From Bdellovibrionia bacterium (GTDB taxonomy: Bacteria > Bdellovibrionota > UBA1018): a stretch of 64,000 nt of DNA. A program made the translations under genes and the position numbers. Every line of letters begins with the position of its first letter. The stretch's first letter is position 1. Where the stretch lies: assembly GCA_045805065.1 (NCBI GenBank), contig JBJMMA010000060.1:1-64000 (forward strand). The letters are read 5' to 3'. Shown piece after piece: positions 9,641 to 19,920 of the stretch. The notes beneath the pieces were generated by a model. The model saw only the letters and a program-made list of their open reading frames with translations, was not told where the DNA came from and did no database searches.

Positions 9641-10875
9641 TGTCGAACCGAAGCGTCTCGGCAGTGGGATTACTGGCCAGGCGCTTTCTTTTATCCAAAT
9701 CGTCAGACGGCTTTTTGTCGCTGATTGCCTGGGTATCGGTGGTCGGAGTTGCTTTAGGGGTTCTTGCGCTTGTCGTTGTCACGAGCGTGATCAATGGCTT
9801 TGAAGGCGAGCTTGCTCGAGTCATCACCGGGATGAACGGGGATGTCGTTCTCTATACGCGTACCGATCCGTTGCGAGACGTGGATGCGATCGAGCGTCGT
9901 ATTCGGGATGTCGTTCCTGAAACTCAAGCCATCACAGATCTCTTTGTGACTGAGCTCATGGCCGCAGGGCCTTCAGGTGTCGCTGGCGCGATTCTCGAAG
10001 GCCTCGACATGCGCACTGTGAATCTGGTGACCGAGGAGTCCAAGCATCTCACAGAAGGGCGAATGCCTTCGGCTCCAAATGAGGTCGCTTTAGGTTCCTT
10101 CATTGCGGATCGATTGGGTCTGCACCCAGGTGGAACGGTGCGCCTGATTATTCCGACATTGAATGAAGAGGGGCGTGAGGGTGAGGTCGAGGCTCCACGC
10201 GCCGCTGAGATGAATGTCACAGGTGTCATCAGAATGGGTCTGTATGAGTACGATTCCAAGTTCGTCTACGGCACATTGGAAGGCGTTCAAAAGCTTTTGA
10301 ATTATCCTGATCGGGTCACGTCCTTCAAAATCAAACTGACTCCTGGATCCAATAGCACCCGGGTCGCGGAGCGTTTAGGCGATCAGTTTGGATATCCATT
10401 CCGCGCCAAGAACTGGGCGATGCTGAATAAGAACCTTCTCTATGCCATCTCCTTGGAGAAGGCTGTGATTGCCATCATTCTCACAGTGATCATCATTGTG
10501 GCTGCGTTTAACGTGGTGAGTACTCTCATGATGATGATTCATGACAAGACCAAGGAGATCGCCATTCTTAAGGCCATGGGGTTTAAGCCAAGCCAAAGCT
10601 TTGGTCTTTTCTGCATGATCGGCGTGGGAATGGGGATTGTCGGGACGTTCTTTGGGGTAGCGATTGCTATGGGCGTCAATACCATCCTGGCCAAAACGCA
10701 TCTGATTCGTTTGCCGGCAGATATTTACTATATCAGCTTTCTTCCGGTCATCGTACGTTGGAAAGAGGTGGGAATGATCGCATTGGTCGCGATCAGCATT
10801 TCATTCCTGGCAACGCTTTATCCGGGTTGGAAAGTGGCAAGAAGATCCCCGCTGGATGGCCTCAGGTACGAATAG
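9640..10875 (+). CDS. lolE: Lipoprotein-releasing ABC transporter permease LolC/E
   Basis: GVALGV.ALVVV.SVINGF, AAFNVVSTL, K.KEIAILKAMG, ATLYP; upstream of lolD. Confidence 0.9.
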   Translation: MSNRSVSAVGLLARRFLLSKSSDGFLSLIAWVSVVGVALGVLALVVVTSVINGFEGELARVITGMNGDVVLYTRTDPLRDVDAIERRIRDVVPETQAITDLFVTELMAAGPSGVAGAILEGLDMRTVNLVTEESKHLTEGRMPSAPNEVALGSFIADRLGLHPGGTVRLIIPTLNEEGREGEVEAPRAAEMNVTGVIRMGLYEYDSKFVYGTLEGVQKLLNYPDRVTSFKIKLTPGSNSTRVAERLGDQFGYPFRAKNWAMLNKNLLYAISLEKAVIAIILTVIIIVAAFNVVSTLMMMIHDKTKEIAILKAMGFKPSQSFGLFCMIGVGMGIVGTFFGVAIAMGVNTILAKTHLIRLPADIYYISFLPVIVRWKEVGMIALVAISISFLATLYPGWKVARRSPLDGLRYE

Positions 10876-10878
10876 AAT

Positions 10879-11565
10879 ATGGGCGAGATTCTCTTACGAG
10901 CACAGGGCATTAAGAAAAGCTTCATTAAGGGCAAAACGGAAATTCCGGTTTTGCGAGGCGTCGATGTCACGATTCAGGCCGGAGAGATGGTTTCCATTAT
11001 CGGCTCGTCGGGCGCAGGTAAAAGCACGCTTCTTCATATCTTAGGCACGCTTGAAAAGCCTTCGGCAGGTTCTGTTCATTTTGGAACCAATCCAAAGAAT
11101 CTTTTTGCTTATTCAGAGAAGGAACTCTCCACTTTCAGAAATCGAAGCTTGGGCTTTGTTTTTCAATTTCATTATCTTTTGCCGGAGTTCACAGCTCTTG
11201 AGAACGTGATGATGCCTGCCTTGATCGCGGGTTATCCGCGCGAAACTGCAGAGCACCAGGCGCGTCAATTGCTTGAGTTTGTCGGCGTCGGGCATCGGCT
11301 GACGCATCGGCCTTCCGAGCTTTCGGGAGGGGAGCAGCAGCGCGTGGCCATTGCGCGAGCAGTGATCTTGAGGCCGAAGCTTTTGCTTGCTGATGAGCTG
11401 ACGGGAAATCTGGATTCAGCCAATCGCGAGCACGTGATGGAGCTTCTCACGCGACTGAATCAGACAACGGGTGTTGCCATTCTTTTGGTCACTCATGATC
11501 TTGAACTGACAAAAAGGATGCACCGCGTCCTTACTATGCGTGACGGAACTTTCGTCTCTCAGTAA
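10879..11565 (+). CDS. lolD: Lipoprotein-releasing ABC transporter ATP-binding protein
   Basis: [37 protein letters not shown]. Confidence 0.92.
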   Translation: MGEILLRAQGIKKSFIKGKTEIPVLRGVDVTIQAGEMVSIIGSSGAGKSTLLHILGTLEKPSAGSVHFGTNPKNLFAYSEKELSTFRNRSLGFVFQFHYLLPEFTALENVMMPALIAGYPRETAEHQARQLLEFVGVGHRLTHRPSELSGGEQQRVAIARAVILRPKLLLADELTGNLDSANREHVMELLTRLNQTTGVAILLVTHDLELTKRMHRVLTMRDGTFVSQ

Positions 11566-11599
11566 TTGTCTCCATTCATCGGGTTAAGCCGGATAATCA

Positions 11600-11628
11600 T
11601 TGACAGCTGCTCTTGGCCCACCTAGACA
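11600..11628 (+). promoter_or_regulatory. sigma70-like promoter of bamA
   Basis: TTGACA-N17-TAGACA ending 9 nt before GTG 11638. Confidence 0.55.
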
Positions 11629-11637
11629 TGAGAGGCT

Positions 11638-14001
11638 GTGAATTCACGTACGCTTCGGTCGCGCCTTGGCATCATTCTGATTTCAGTTCTCGTCTGTGCT
11701 GTAGGCGCGGGTGCGCTTCCTTCGCGTGCTTTTGCTGCAAATCCTGGCACCGCGGCGATTCAAGCTTTTAATGGTAACAAGGTCGTTCAGATCAACGTTC
11801 AAGGATTGAAGCGAATTGAAAAAGACGCTGTTCTTGCGAAGATCGTCACGAAGGTCGGAGAGACTGTTACCCCAGATCGTGTGCGTGCGGACATTCAAGC
11901 GCTTTACAGCATGGGTTACTTCGATGACATCGAAGTTCGTGCGGAAACGGTTGAGGGCGGTGCGCGACTGACCTACACGCTGCGCGAGCGCCCTGTGATT
12001 TCAAAGATCAGTTTCGAAGGCAATGAGCGCATCGCGACTTCAGATTTGAAAGAAGTCGTTAAGATCAAAGAGTGGTCGATTCTTGATATCAACAAGGTCA
12101 AAGAAGACATCGCTCTGATTCAGAAGCATTACGAGGACAAGGGTTTCTTTCTTGCGAAGGTCAGCTACACGCTCCGCACTCCAAACCCTGAAAAGCCCGA
12201 CGAAGTCGAGCTCGTCTATAAAATTTCAGATTACGAAAAAGTTCAGATCAAGAAGATCACCTTCTTGAATAATAAACGTTTTACCGATGAGCAGCTCAAA
12301 GGGGTACTTCAAGAAACCCGTGAGGGCGGCTTCTTGTCGTTTTTAACGAGCTCCGGAAATTTCAAAGAAGCGTCCTTTAAGCAAGATCTTCAGCGCCTGA
12401 CGTACTTCTATCTGGATCACGGCTACGTGAAGTTTAAGTACGAAAACCCTGTGGTCACAGTGAGTGATGACAAGCGATGGCTCTTCATCTCGATTTATGT
12501 CGATGAAGGAGACCAATACTCGATTGGCACGAAAGACTTTTCTGGCGATCTTCTTTTCTCTAAAGAAGAGCTTGGAACTGAAAATCAACTCAACTCGGGT
12601 GATGTGTTCAGTATCTCAAAGCGCAATGCCGATATTCAGAATCTGACCGAGAAGTATCAGGATCTGGGTTATGCGTTCGTGAACGTCATTCCAAAGATGA
12701 ATATCCATGACGACACGAAGCTAGTCGATTTGGATTACAGCTTTGAGAAGGGCAATCTGGTTTACTTCGGCCAGATCAATGTCGTTGGGAACTCAAAGAC
12801 TCACGATAAAGTGATTCGCCGCGAATTGAAGATTCATGAAGGCGAGCTCTACAGTGGCTCGAAGCTTCGTCAGTCCCGTGAAAACGTGGAGCGTCTGGGC
12901 TTCTTTGCTCCGGGCGAAGTGATCTTCAACACGGTAAGCCCCAAGGGTCAGCCGGATGTTCTGAACGTTGACATCACAGTGAAAGAGCGTTCGACCGGAA
13001 CGATCACTCTTGGAGCAGGTTACGGAAGCGTTCAGAAGTTCTTCCTGACCTCGACTATTTCTGAGATCAACTTGTTTGGGCGTGGTCAGTCGCTCTCGCT
13101 CTCGGGGCAGTATGCTGCCGATCGATTGAACAAGAGCTTGAACTTGGGCTTCACGGATCCTTACGCCTTTGACTCGAAGTGGTCGCTGGGCTTTGACCTT
13201 TTTGCGGTCAATCAGGTGATCCCAAGCCGCTATACGACTCGTAAGCTAGGCTTTGACCTGCGCGCAGGTTATCCGCTGGCTGAATACGTTTACGGCTACA
13301 TCACGTATAAGAACGAAGGACTTCAGATCGAAGATCTTGCTGAAGATGCCGCGCTGACTCCTGACCTGGTGAATCCAGATATCGGGGTCCTCTCAAGCGT
13401 GGTCTGGAGCGTGGTCCGCGACAAGCGTAACAATCGTTTTGAGACGACGGGTGGTGACTACCAAAGCGTTTCGCTGGAAACAGCCGGGCTGGGTGGTGAC
13501 AAGAAGTTCATCAAAGCGGAAGCCAATAACCGATTCTATCATAAGATCGTAGGCGACCTGGTTTTCCGTAATAGTACCGATATTGGACATATCGAAGCAC
13601 TCGGTGGTCGCACTCTTCCGCCATCCGAAAAATTCTACCTCGGCGGTCCAAACAACTTGAAGGGCTATGAGTTCTTTACTGTCGGTCCAAGAAAAGCGAG
13701 TGCGGTTTCTGAACTTGGAATTCCGCTGGGCGGCGTCCTGCAAATGTACTCGCTCTTTGAAATCGAGTATCCAATCATTCGCGAAGCCGGGTTGAAACTC
13801 GTTGCGTTCTATGACGCAGGTAATGCGTTTGCTCGTTGGCCAAAAGACGGCGATCCGTTCACGATTCGCACCGACGCAGGTTTTGGTATTCGCTGGTTCT
13901 CTCCAATCGGTCCTCTCCGCTTTGAGTGGGGTTTCCCATTCAATGCTAAGCCGGGTGAGAATTCACCGAACTTCAACTTCTTCATTGGACCACCTTTCTG
14001 A
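11638..14001 (+). CDS. bamA: Outer membrane protein assembly factor BamA
   Basis: Signal peptide, POTRA repeats, FYLGG..LKGY, SPIGPLRF, C-terminal Phe. Confidence 0.97.
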   Translation: MNSRTLRSRLGIILISVLVCAVGAGALPSRAFAANPGTAAIQAFNGNKVVQINVQGLKRIEKDAVLAKIVTKVGETVTPDRVRADIQALYSMGYFDDIEVRAETVEGGARLTYTLRERPVISKISFEGNERIATSDLKEVVKIKEWSILDINKVKEDIALIQKHYEDKGFFLAKVSYTLRTPNPEKPDEVELVYKISDYEKVQIKKITFLNNKRFTDEQLKGVLQETREGGFLSFLTSSGNFKEASFKQDLQRLTYFYLDHGYVKFKYENPVVTVSDDKRWLFISIYVDEGDQYSIGTKDFSGDLLFSKEELGTENQLNSGDVFSISKRNADIQNLTEKYQDLGYAFVNVIPKMNIHDDTKLVDLDYSFEKGNLVYFGQINVVGNSKTHDKVIRRELKIHEGELYSGSKLRQSRENVERLGFFAPGEVIFNTVSPKGQPDVLNVDITVKERSTGTITLGAGYGSVQKFFLTSTISEINLFGRGQSLSLSGQYAADRLNKSLNLGFTDPYAFDSKWSLGFDLFAVNQVIPSRYTTRKLGFDLRAGYPLAEYVYGYITYKNEGLQIEDLAEDAALTPDLVNPDIGVLSSVVWSVVRDKRNNRFETTGGDYQSVSLETAGLGGDKKFIKAEANNRFYHKIVGDLVFRNSTDIGHIEALGGRTLPPSEKFYLGGPNNLKGYEFFTVGPRKASAVSELGIPLGGVLQMYSLFEIEYPIIREAGLKLVAFYDAGNAFARWPKDGDPFTIRTDAGFGIRWFSPIGPLRFEWGFPFNAKPGENSPNFNFFIGPPF

Positions 14002-14002
14002 G

Positions 14003-14160
14003 GTCCAGGGCCGCTTTTGGCTCGAATACTTCGTCAGCGCCTGCAAAAAAATGCTCACGTACTTTATTTAATCTCGGCCCGGTTCTACCGGGCCTGGTCA
14101 AGTACGCTCCGCTTTTTTTGCAGGCGCTTCCTCGTCTCGAGCCAAAATCGGCTCCTGGAC
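14003..14160. repeat. ~158-bp nested palindromic (REP/REPIN-like) element between bamA and skp
   Basis: Nested arms GTCCAGG/CCTGGAC, TTTTGGCTCGA/TCGAGCCAAAA, AGCGCCTGCAAAAAAA/TTTTTTTGCAGGCGCT, CGTACTT/AAGTACG and GGCCCGGT/ACCGGGCC. Confidence 0.8.
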
Positions 14161-14360
14161 TCTTGAGCGCGGATCATCGTGAGGCGCTGTGGTGAATTGG
14201 ATGTGCGAAGTGTTGCACTTTTCACACACCTCTAACGCTTGCCGTTCGCTCGGAACTCGTTGAAATTCTTGTTTGATTGTGTTGTTCTGAGTCGGTTGTC
14301 ACGATTTGCTGCGCATTACGGCTTTCCCTGCTTTACGGGCTTTTGAAGGAGATAAATCTC

Positions 14361-14918
14361 ATGAATTTTAAGAGTTCTATTCGTATGAATCGGTTGAGTA
14401 TGGTGTCGTTGGCTGCTGCTTTTGGAATGAGCGCCGCTTTGGTGAGCCCTGTTGCGCACGCTGCAGATGATTTCAAGATCGCAGTTGTGGATATGCAGAA
14501 GGCCCTTCAAAACGTTGAAGCTGGCAAGAAAGCAAAAGCCCAGCTTGAGAAGGAAGTCGAAGCTAAGAAAAAAGACTTCGACCATGAGAAGGCTGCCATC
14601 ACCAAGATGGGTGAAGAATTCAAGAAGCAATCGCTCGCTATGAGCGATGAAGCCCGCGCGAAGAAGCAAGGCGATCTTCAGGAGCGCATTGCTAAGCTTC
14701 AGCAAAAGGGAATGGAAACTGAGCAAGAGCTTCGCATGAAAGAGCAGCAGCTCACTCAGCCAATCATCAATAAGCTTCGTGGAGTCGTTACTGAGCAGGC
14801 TAAGAAAAAAGGCTACTCTATGGTTCTTGAGAAGAACGAAAACACCGTCATCTTCTCTCAAGAAAAAGATGACATGACTCAAGAAGTAATTAACGCTTTC
14901 AATAAATCGAGCGGCTAA
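14361..14918 (+). CDS. skp: OmpH/Skp periplasmic chaperone
   Basis: AAGGAG RBS before ATG 14361; signal peptide, KIAVVDMQ, coiled coil, DMT..VI end; bamA-skp-lpxD synteny. Confidence 0.92.
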   Translation: MNFKSSIRMNRLSMVSLAAAFGMSAALVSPVAHAADDFKIAVVDMQKALQNVEAGKKAKAQLEKEVEAKKKDFDHEKAAITKMGEEFKKQSLAMSDEARAKKQGDLQERIAKLQQKGMETEQELRMKEQQLTQPIINKLRGVVTEQAKKKGYSMVLEKNENTVIFSQEKDDMTQEVINAFNKSSG

Positions 14919-14934
14919 GAGTTTCCCCTAAGAG

Positions 14935-16050
14935 TTGCAATTGAAATCATTCTCTGTTCAAGAAGTTGTGGAATGGGTTGGGGGGCGAGTCGCCAATGCG
15001 ACAGCCCTTCAGCCATCTGATTTGGAAAAGATCCGCATTGATAGCCCTTCGGAGCTTGGGAAGTCGAAGGCCAATCACATCGGATTCTTCTTTGCAAAAA
15101 GTTATCAGAACGAACTGATGACGGCAGCGCCCGGCATTCTGATCACGGCAGACCCTTTTGTGGGTCCACTGCAGGCATCGGGTTTGCCGCTTTGGAAGAA
15201 GTCAGCCATTATTTCCTGTCCGGATCCTTATCTGGCCATGGCGCTGATCTCCAAGAAGCTGGCGCCGCAACTTTCCGCAGTGGCCCATATCGATGAGCCG
15301 ATCGGAAAGACCGAGATTCATCCGTCCGCGGTTGTGGATTCAAGTGCAGAGCTCGCCGAAGGCGTCATCGTTGGCGCTCACTGCGTGATCGAAGATGGAG
15401 TTCGAATCGGAGCTGGGACCCGGCTCTATCCGGGCTGCTACATCGGCAAAGGCTCCGTGATCGGCCGCCAATGTGTACTCTTCCCGCGTGTCACGCTCTA
15501 TGAGCTGACCTCCGTTGGAGATCGAGTGCGTTTGCACGCGGGTGTGGTGCTTGGAGCCGACGGGTTTGGCTATGCTCCTCGTCGTGAGAATGGAAAAGTC
15601 GTCGGACACGAAAAGATTTATCATGTCGGTCGCGTGATCGTTGGCAACGACGTTGAAATCGGTGCAAACACTTGTGTCGATCGCGGCACGATGGGTGATA
15701 CGGTTATTCGAGACATGGCCAAGATCGATGATCAGGTCATGATCGGCCACAATTGCCGCCTCGATGTCGGGGCTGTGATTTGCGGCAACGCGGGGCTTGC
15801 AGGTCGCGCGAAAATCGGCAAGTTTACTTATATAGGTGGAATGGCGGGAGTTGGGAATGACACCGAGATTGGCGATGGAGCCATGGTCGGTGCGCTCTCT
15901 GTTGTTGCTGCTGATGTTGAACCAGGCGTCTCCATGATTGGAAATCCGAGCCGCACGGTACGCGATCACAACCGGATTCATGTGCTTTTGAACCGGATGC
16001 TGAGGGAGAAAGAGAAAAATGATTCATCCAAGCGCAATCGTTCATCCTGA
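14935..16050 (+). CDS. lpxD: UDP-3-O-acylglucosamine N-acyltransferase
   Basis: Hexapeptide repeats, GADGFGY, VEIGANTCVDRG, KID..V.IGHN. Confidence 0.95.
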   Translation: MQLKSFSVQEVVEWVGGRVANATALQPSDLEKIRIDSPSELGKSKANHIGFFFAKSYQNELMTAAPGILITADPFVGPLQASGLPLWKKSAIISCPDPYLAMALISKKLAPQLSAVAHIDEPIGKTEIHPSAVVDSSAELAEGVIVGAHCVIEDGVRIGAGTRLYPGCYIGKGSVIGRQCVLFPRVTLYELTSVGDRVRLHAGVVLGADGFGYAPRRENGKVVGHEKIYHVGRVIVGNDVEIGANTCVDRGTMGDTVIRDMAKIDDQVMIGHNCRLDVGAVICGNAGLAGRAKIGKFTYIGGMAGVGNDTEIGDGAMVGALSVVAADVEPGVSMIGNPSRTVRDHNRIHVLLNRMLREKEKNDSSKRNRSS

Positions 16051-16792
16051 AGCTCAAATTGACCCTTCGGTTGAAGTGGGCCCAATGTGCATCATTGGAC
16101 CGAAAGTGAAAATCGGTCGTGGCACCAAGCTGATGGGCCATGTCGTCATCGAAGGTCGCACGACGATCGGTGAAAACAACACCATCCATGCTTTTGCTGT
16201 CCTGGGTGGCGTTCCTCAAGATTTGAAATACAAAGGCGAAGATACCGAGCTGATCATCGGTAACAACAACACCATTCGCGAGTCTGTCACAATGAACCTT
16301 GGAACTGTTCAAGGCGGTGGCAAGACGGTTCTCGGTGATCATAATCTGATCATGGCTTATTCCCACTTGGGGCATGATTGCATCGTTGGCAGCCATTGCA
16401 TCCTCGCTAACTCTGCGGGACTTGCAGGACATGTGATCCTGGAAGACTACGTGACGCTTGCTGGTCTTTGCGGTGTATCTCAATTTGTTCGTGTTGGTGC
16501 GCATTGCTACATTGCGGGCTACACGGGGCTTGAGCGCGATGTGCCTCCCTATTGCCTGGCTATGGGTCTTCGCCCAACCTCGATCAAGGGCGCCAATATT
16601 GTCGGACTCCGCCGTCGCGGAATGCCGGCAGAAACCATTCAGAAGATCAATGAAGCAATCAAACTCTGGATGCGTCCGGACATTCAAAAGGATCAATGCC
16701 TGCTTGAGATCGAAGCTCAGTATGGCGAGTACCCAGAGATCCAGCGCTTTGTCGCGTTCATCCGCGCAAGCGAAGCTGGAGTTTGCCGCTAA
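16019..16792 (+). CDS. lpxA: Acyl-ACP--UDP-GlcNAc O-acyltransferase
   Basis: IHPSAIV, PQDLKYKGE, MAYSHLGHDC, NIVGLRRRG. Confidence 0.97.
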   Translation: MIHPSAIVHPEAQIDPSVEVGPMCIIGPKVKIGRGTKLMGHVVIEGRTTIGENNTIHAFAVLGGVPQDLKYKGEDTELIIGNNNTIRESVTMNLGTVQGGGKTVLGDHNLIMAYSHLGHDCIVGSHCILANSAGLAGHVILEDYVTLAGLCGVSQFVRVGAHCYIAGYTGLERDVPPYCLAMGLRPTSIKGANIVGLRRRGMPAETIQKINEAIKLWMRPDIQKDQCLLEIEAQYGEYPEIQRFVAFIRASEAGVCR

Positions 16793-16801
16793 ACTCGATT
16801 T

Positions 16802-18028
16802 GTGAAAATCCTGATCTCAGCCGCAGAGACCTCGTCGGATCAACACGGGGCACAGCTATTACGTGCGCTTCAGCGCGAATGCGCGCAACGAGGCGAGAGT
16901 CTTGAAGCGTTTGGGATTGGCGGGCCAGCACTCCAGCAGGCAGGGCTTCGTATCCTTGTGGATGCGCGAAGCCTTTTGGTCATGGGGTTTACGGAGGTTT
17001 TAAGCAGGCTGCCGACAATCTTTGCTGCGTTGAAAACCGTGACAAGGTCTGCTGCGCAGGAGAAGCCTGACGTTGCAGTTGTCATTGATTACCCTGATTT
17101 TCATTTTCGTCTGGCCAAGAGACTCAAGCGTCAGGGCGTGCCGGTGATTTATTTCATCCCGCCAAAAATCTGGGCATGGAGAAAAGGCCGGATCAAAATT
17201 CTTCGTGAAAGGTTTGTGCGCGTCTTGAGCATTCTGCCTTTCGAAGTCGACTTTTACAGGCGCGAGAAAATGCCGGTGTCTTATGTCGGAAATCCGCTTG
17301 TCGATGAGTTGCCGTTGAAGCTGACTCGATCCGAGGCAAGGCAGCATCTCGGCCTCACTGAGAAGTGCCCGGTCTTTGTCATGATGCCCGGAAGCAGGCC
17401 AAACGAGCTCAAGTATCATCTGGATTTGATGCTGGGTGCGGCACTGCTGGCATCTCAAAGAATTCAAAAGGAGCAGGGTGAGAGGCTTGTCGCGCTTCTT
17501 CCTCTTCCACAGACTTCCGAGATCGGCCTGATTGAAAAGCGAATCAACGAGTGGAAGGCAAGACATCCTGATCATGCATCGACGCTGGATTTGAGGCTTT
17601 CTCAAGGAAATGCGCATGAGTGCATGGTCGCGGCAGATGCAGGTTTGATCAAGTCAGGAACTTCGACTCTCGAAGCGGGCGTTTTAGGCTGCGTTCACTC
17701 GATCATGTATCGAACGAACAAGCTGACGCATTTTATATTCGACCATCTCATTCGCTACAAGGGCCCGGTGGGACTTGTTAATCTGGTAGCAGGATGGACA
17801 GAGGGAAAGCCTCTTCTGATTCGAGAGATTATCCATCATCATCAGACAGAAGAAGAGCTCTCCGAGGAGCTTTTGTCAATTTATCAGGATCAGGAGCGGC
17901 GCGCTCGGATTCAGGAAGGGCTTGCTCGCGTGCGGCAGATCGTAGTGGGTGAGAACGAAGGAAAAAGTCCAAGCGAAGTGGCAGCGCGGGAGATCATCGA
18001 ATGGGTTCGCTCGTCACCAGCGCGCTGA
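16802..18028 (+). CDS. lpxB: Lipid-A-disaccharide synthase
   Basis: VMGFTEVL, IDYPDF, PKIWAW, ILPFE, VGNPL, PGSR.E, SGTSTLE. Confidence 0.95.
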   Translation: MKILISAAETSSDQHGAQLLRALQRECAQRGESLEAFGIGGPALQQAGLRILVDARSLLVMGFTEVLSRLPTIFAALKTVTRSAAQEKPDVAVVIDYPDFHFRLAKRLKRQGVPVIYFIPPKIWAWRKGRIKILRERFVRVLSILPFEVDFYRREKMPVSYVGNPLVDELPLKLTRSEARQHLGLTEKCPVFVMMPGSRPNELKYHLDLMLGAALLASQRIQKEQGERLVALLPLPQTSEIGLIEKRINEWKARHPDHASTLDLRLSQGNAHECMVAADAGLIKSGTSTLEAGVLGCVHSIMYRTNKLTHFIFDHLIRYKGPVGLVNLVAGWTEGKPLLIREIIHHHQTEEELSEELLSIYQDQERRARIQEGLARVRQIVVGENEGKSPSEVAAREIIEWVRSSPAR

Positions 18029-18969
18029 ATAGTTTTGCCTCTCTGCTTTGGGCTACGGGAACGGCTTGCGCACGCTCCCTCTCAAAATCAAAGACTAGGC
18101 TTCCGGCAAAAGTCATCAGCATTGGAAATATCCAGGTTGGCGGAGCAGGCAAGACTCCGCTTGTCGCGTACCTTGCTGGGCAAGCTCATGAGCGGGGCAA
18201 GCAGGTCTGTATCTTGACTCGTGGATATGGGGCTCAATGGGAAAAAGCAGGCGGCGTGATCACGCCTCAAGAGAGTGATCTGAATCCTGCGGATTGTGGA
18301 GACGAAGCGCTTCTCTTGCATGAGCTTGCACCTTACGCATGGATTGGAGTCGGCGCGGATCGTGCCCGACAGTTTCATGCGGTGGCCGACGCGATCAGGG
18401 CTCAAGGCTTGCCTCAGATTGATCTTGTGATTCTGGACGATGGTTTTCAGAATCATCGCCTGGAGAAGGATCTCGATATTGTCGCTCTGACCTCGGCTCA
18501 CTGGGGGCAGAAAATCTTCAGGGACTTTCGCAGCGCTTTGAAGAAAGCGCACCTTCTGGTCTGGACGAAAGGGGATGAGTGTCCTCGCGCTTTGGCCAAA
18601 TGGGGCAGACCATTTGTCCGGGTTCATATGAAATTGGATCCTCCCTTCTTTGCCTCGCGCTTTCTTCTGATCACGGGCCTTGCGGATGGAGCGCAGGCGC
18701 GCAGATCCATGGAACAAGCAGGATACCGGATCGAAAAGCATCTGACTTTCCCGGATCATGCTCGTTATGCATCCATTGTAACGCAGACGATTATTGATGA
18801 TGCTCGGACGCTGGGATTGAAGCTTTTGATGACCGGAAAAGACTGGGTGAAATGGAGAACTCTTGTAGGAGAGCAACTGAAGGGTTCGATGATCGAAGTG
18901 GTTGAACCTCAACTGCGACTTGACCCCGAGGATGAAAAGATTTGGAATCAGGTGATATGGGAAAGCTGA
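18001..18969 (+). CDS. lpxK: Tetraacyldisaccharide 4'-kinase
   Basis: VISIGNI.VGGAGKTP, RGYG, GDE, LDDGFQ, FPDH, T.KD.VK. Confidence 0.93.
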   Translation: MGSLVTSALNSFASLLWATGTACARSLSKSKTRLPAKVISIGNIQVGGAGKTPLVAYLAGQAHERGKQVCILTRGYGAQWEKAGGVITPQESDLNPADCGDEALLLHELAPYAWIGVGADRARQFHAVADAIRAQGLPQIDLVILDDGFQNHRLEKDLDIVALTSAHWGQKIFRDFRSALKKAHLLVWTKGDECPRALAKWGRPFVRVHMKLDPPFFASRFLLITGLADGAQARRSMEQAGYRIEKHLTFPDHARYASIVTQTIIDDARTLGLKLLMTGKDWVKWRTLVGEQLKGSMIEVVEPQLRLDPEDEKIWNQVIWES

Positions 18970-19868
18970 GCCTGCCTTTATTTTACGCCTTCGGCTGGTT
19001 TTTATATCTTTTGCCCGGACGGCTCCGAATTGCGCTTGGGAATGCCTTTGGCGCTGTCTTGGGCCTGCTGAAGCTTCGTCAAAAAGTTGTGATTCAGAAC
19101 CTGGTGCTTGCGTATCCGGATAATCCTGAAAAGCAGATTGCCACTCTCAAGGGCTCTTACCGCCATCTGGGAAATCTGTTCTTAGAGATTCTTCTTCTTT
19201 TTGGCCCAATGCGAAGATTTGCAACCCATAAGGTGACGATCACGGGGGGCGAGAACTGGAAAAAGGCTCATTCTCAAGGCAAAGGGGTTTTCTTTCTCGC
19301 AAGCCATGTTGGCAATTGGGAGATCATGTCAGCGGGCGGCGGAGTGCAGCTGGGCATGGACCTCATGCTTGTGACCAAGCACTTGAAGCCTGAGTGGCTT
19401 CATCAAGCGGTTGAGAAATGTCGCGGTCGCTGTAATGTCCGTGCGACTTATGAGCCCAAGACTTTGCGAGATGTCCTGGCTCATCTGAAAAGAGGCGGAA
19501 CGGTAGGATTTGTTCTGGATCAATATGCCGGGCCTCCGGTGGGAGTCCGAGTTCCTGTTTTTGGTGTTCCGGTTGGAACGACAACGGCAGTTGCAATGCT
19601 GGCCAAGCGGACGGGCGCCCCGGTTCTCCCTGTGGTTAATTACCGGGAGCCGAATGGGCGATACCGGATTGAGATCAGGCCGCCCATTCAGTGGGAAGAA
19701 GGGGACGCTACTACGGAGGTGGCCGTTAATACCGCTCGCTTTGCGGCGCTCATGGAGAAAGATATTCACGCTCATCCTGAGCAGTGGCTCTGGATCCATC
19801 GCCGTTTCAAAGGGGATTTGTCTCCTATTCGTGAAGGTGAGTGGGCCGAGGGGCGCGCTCGCCGGTAA
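18957..19868 (+). CDS. lpxL: Lipid A late acyltransferase (LpxL/HtrB family)
   Basis: HVGNWE, DQ, FG, PEQWLWIHRRFK motifs. Confidence 0.88.
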   Translation: MGKLSLPLFYAFGWFLYLLPGRLRIALGNAFGAVLGLLKLRQKVVIQNLVLAYPDNPEKQIATLKGSYRHLGNLFLEILLLFGPMRRFATHKVTITGGENWKKAHSQGKGVFFLASHVGNWEIMSAGGGVQLGMDLMLVTKHLKPEWLHQAVEKCRGRCNVRATYEPKTLRDVLAHLKRGGTVGFVLDQYAGPPVGVRVPVFGVPVGTTTAVAMLAKRTGAPVLPVVNYREPNGRYRIEIRPPIQWEEGDATTEVAVNTARFAALMEKDIHAHPEQWLWIHRRFKGDLSPIREGEWAEGRARR

Positions 19869-19920
19869 GACTTTAAGGGAGCCCTCGACAATCGCGAATC
19901 GATCTCCTAATCTTAAATAT

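Noticed and set aside
19510..19920. 137-codon N-terminal extension of the DUF3108 ORF overlapping lpxL
   Set aside because: Promoter and lipoprotein signal place the start at 19921.
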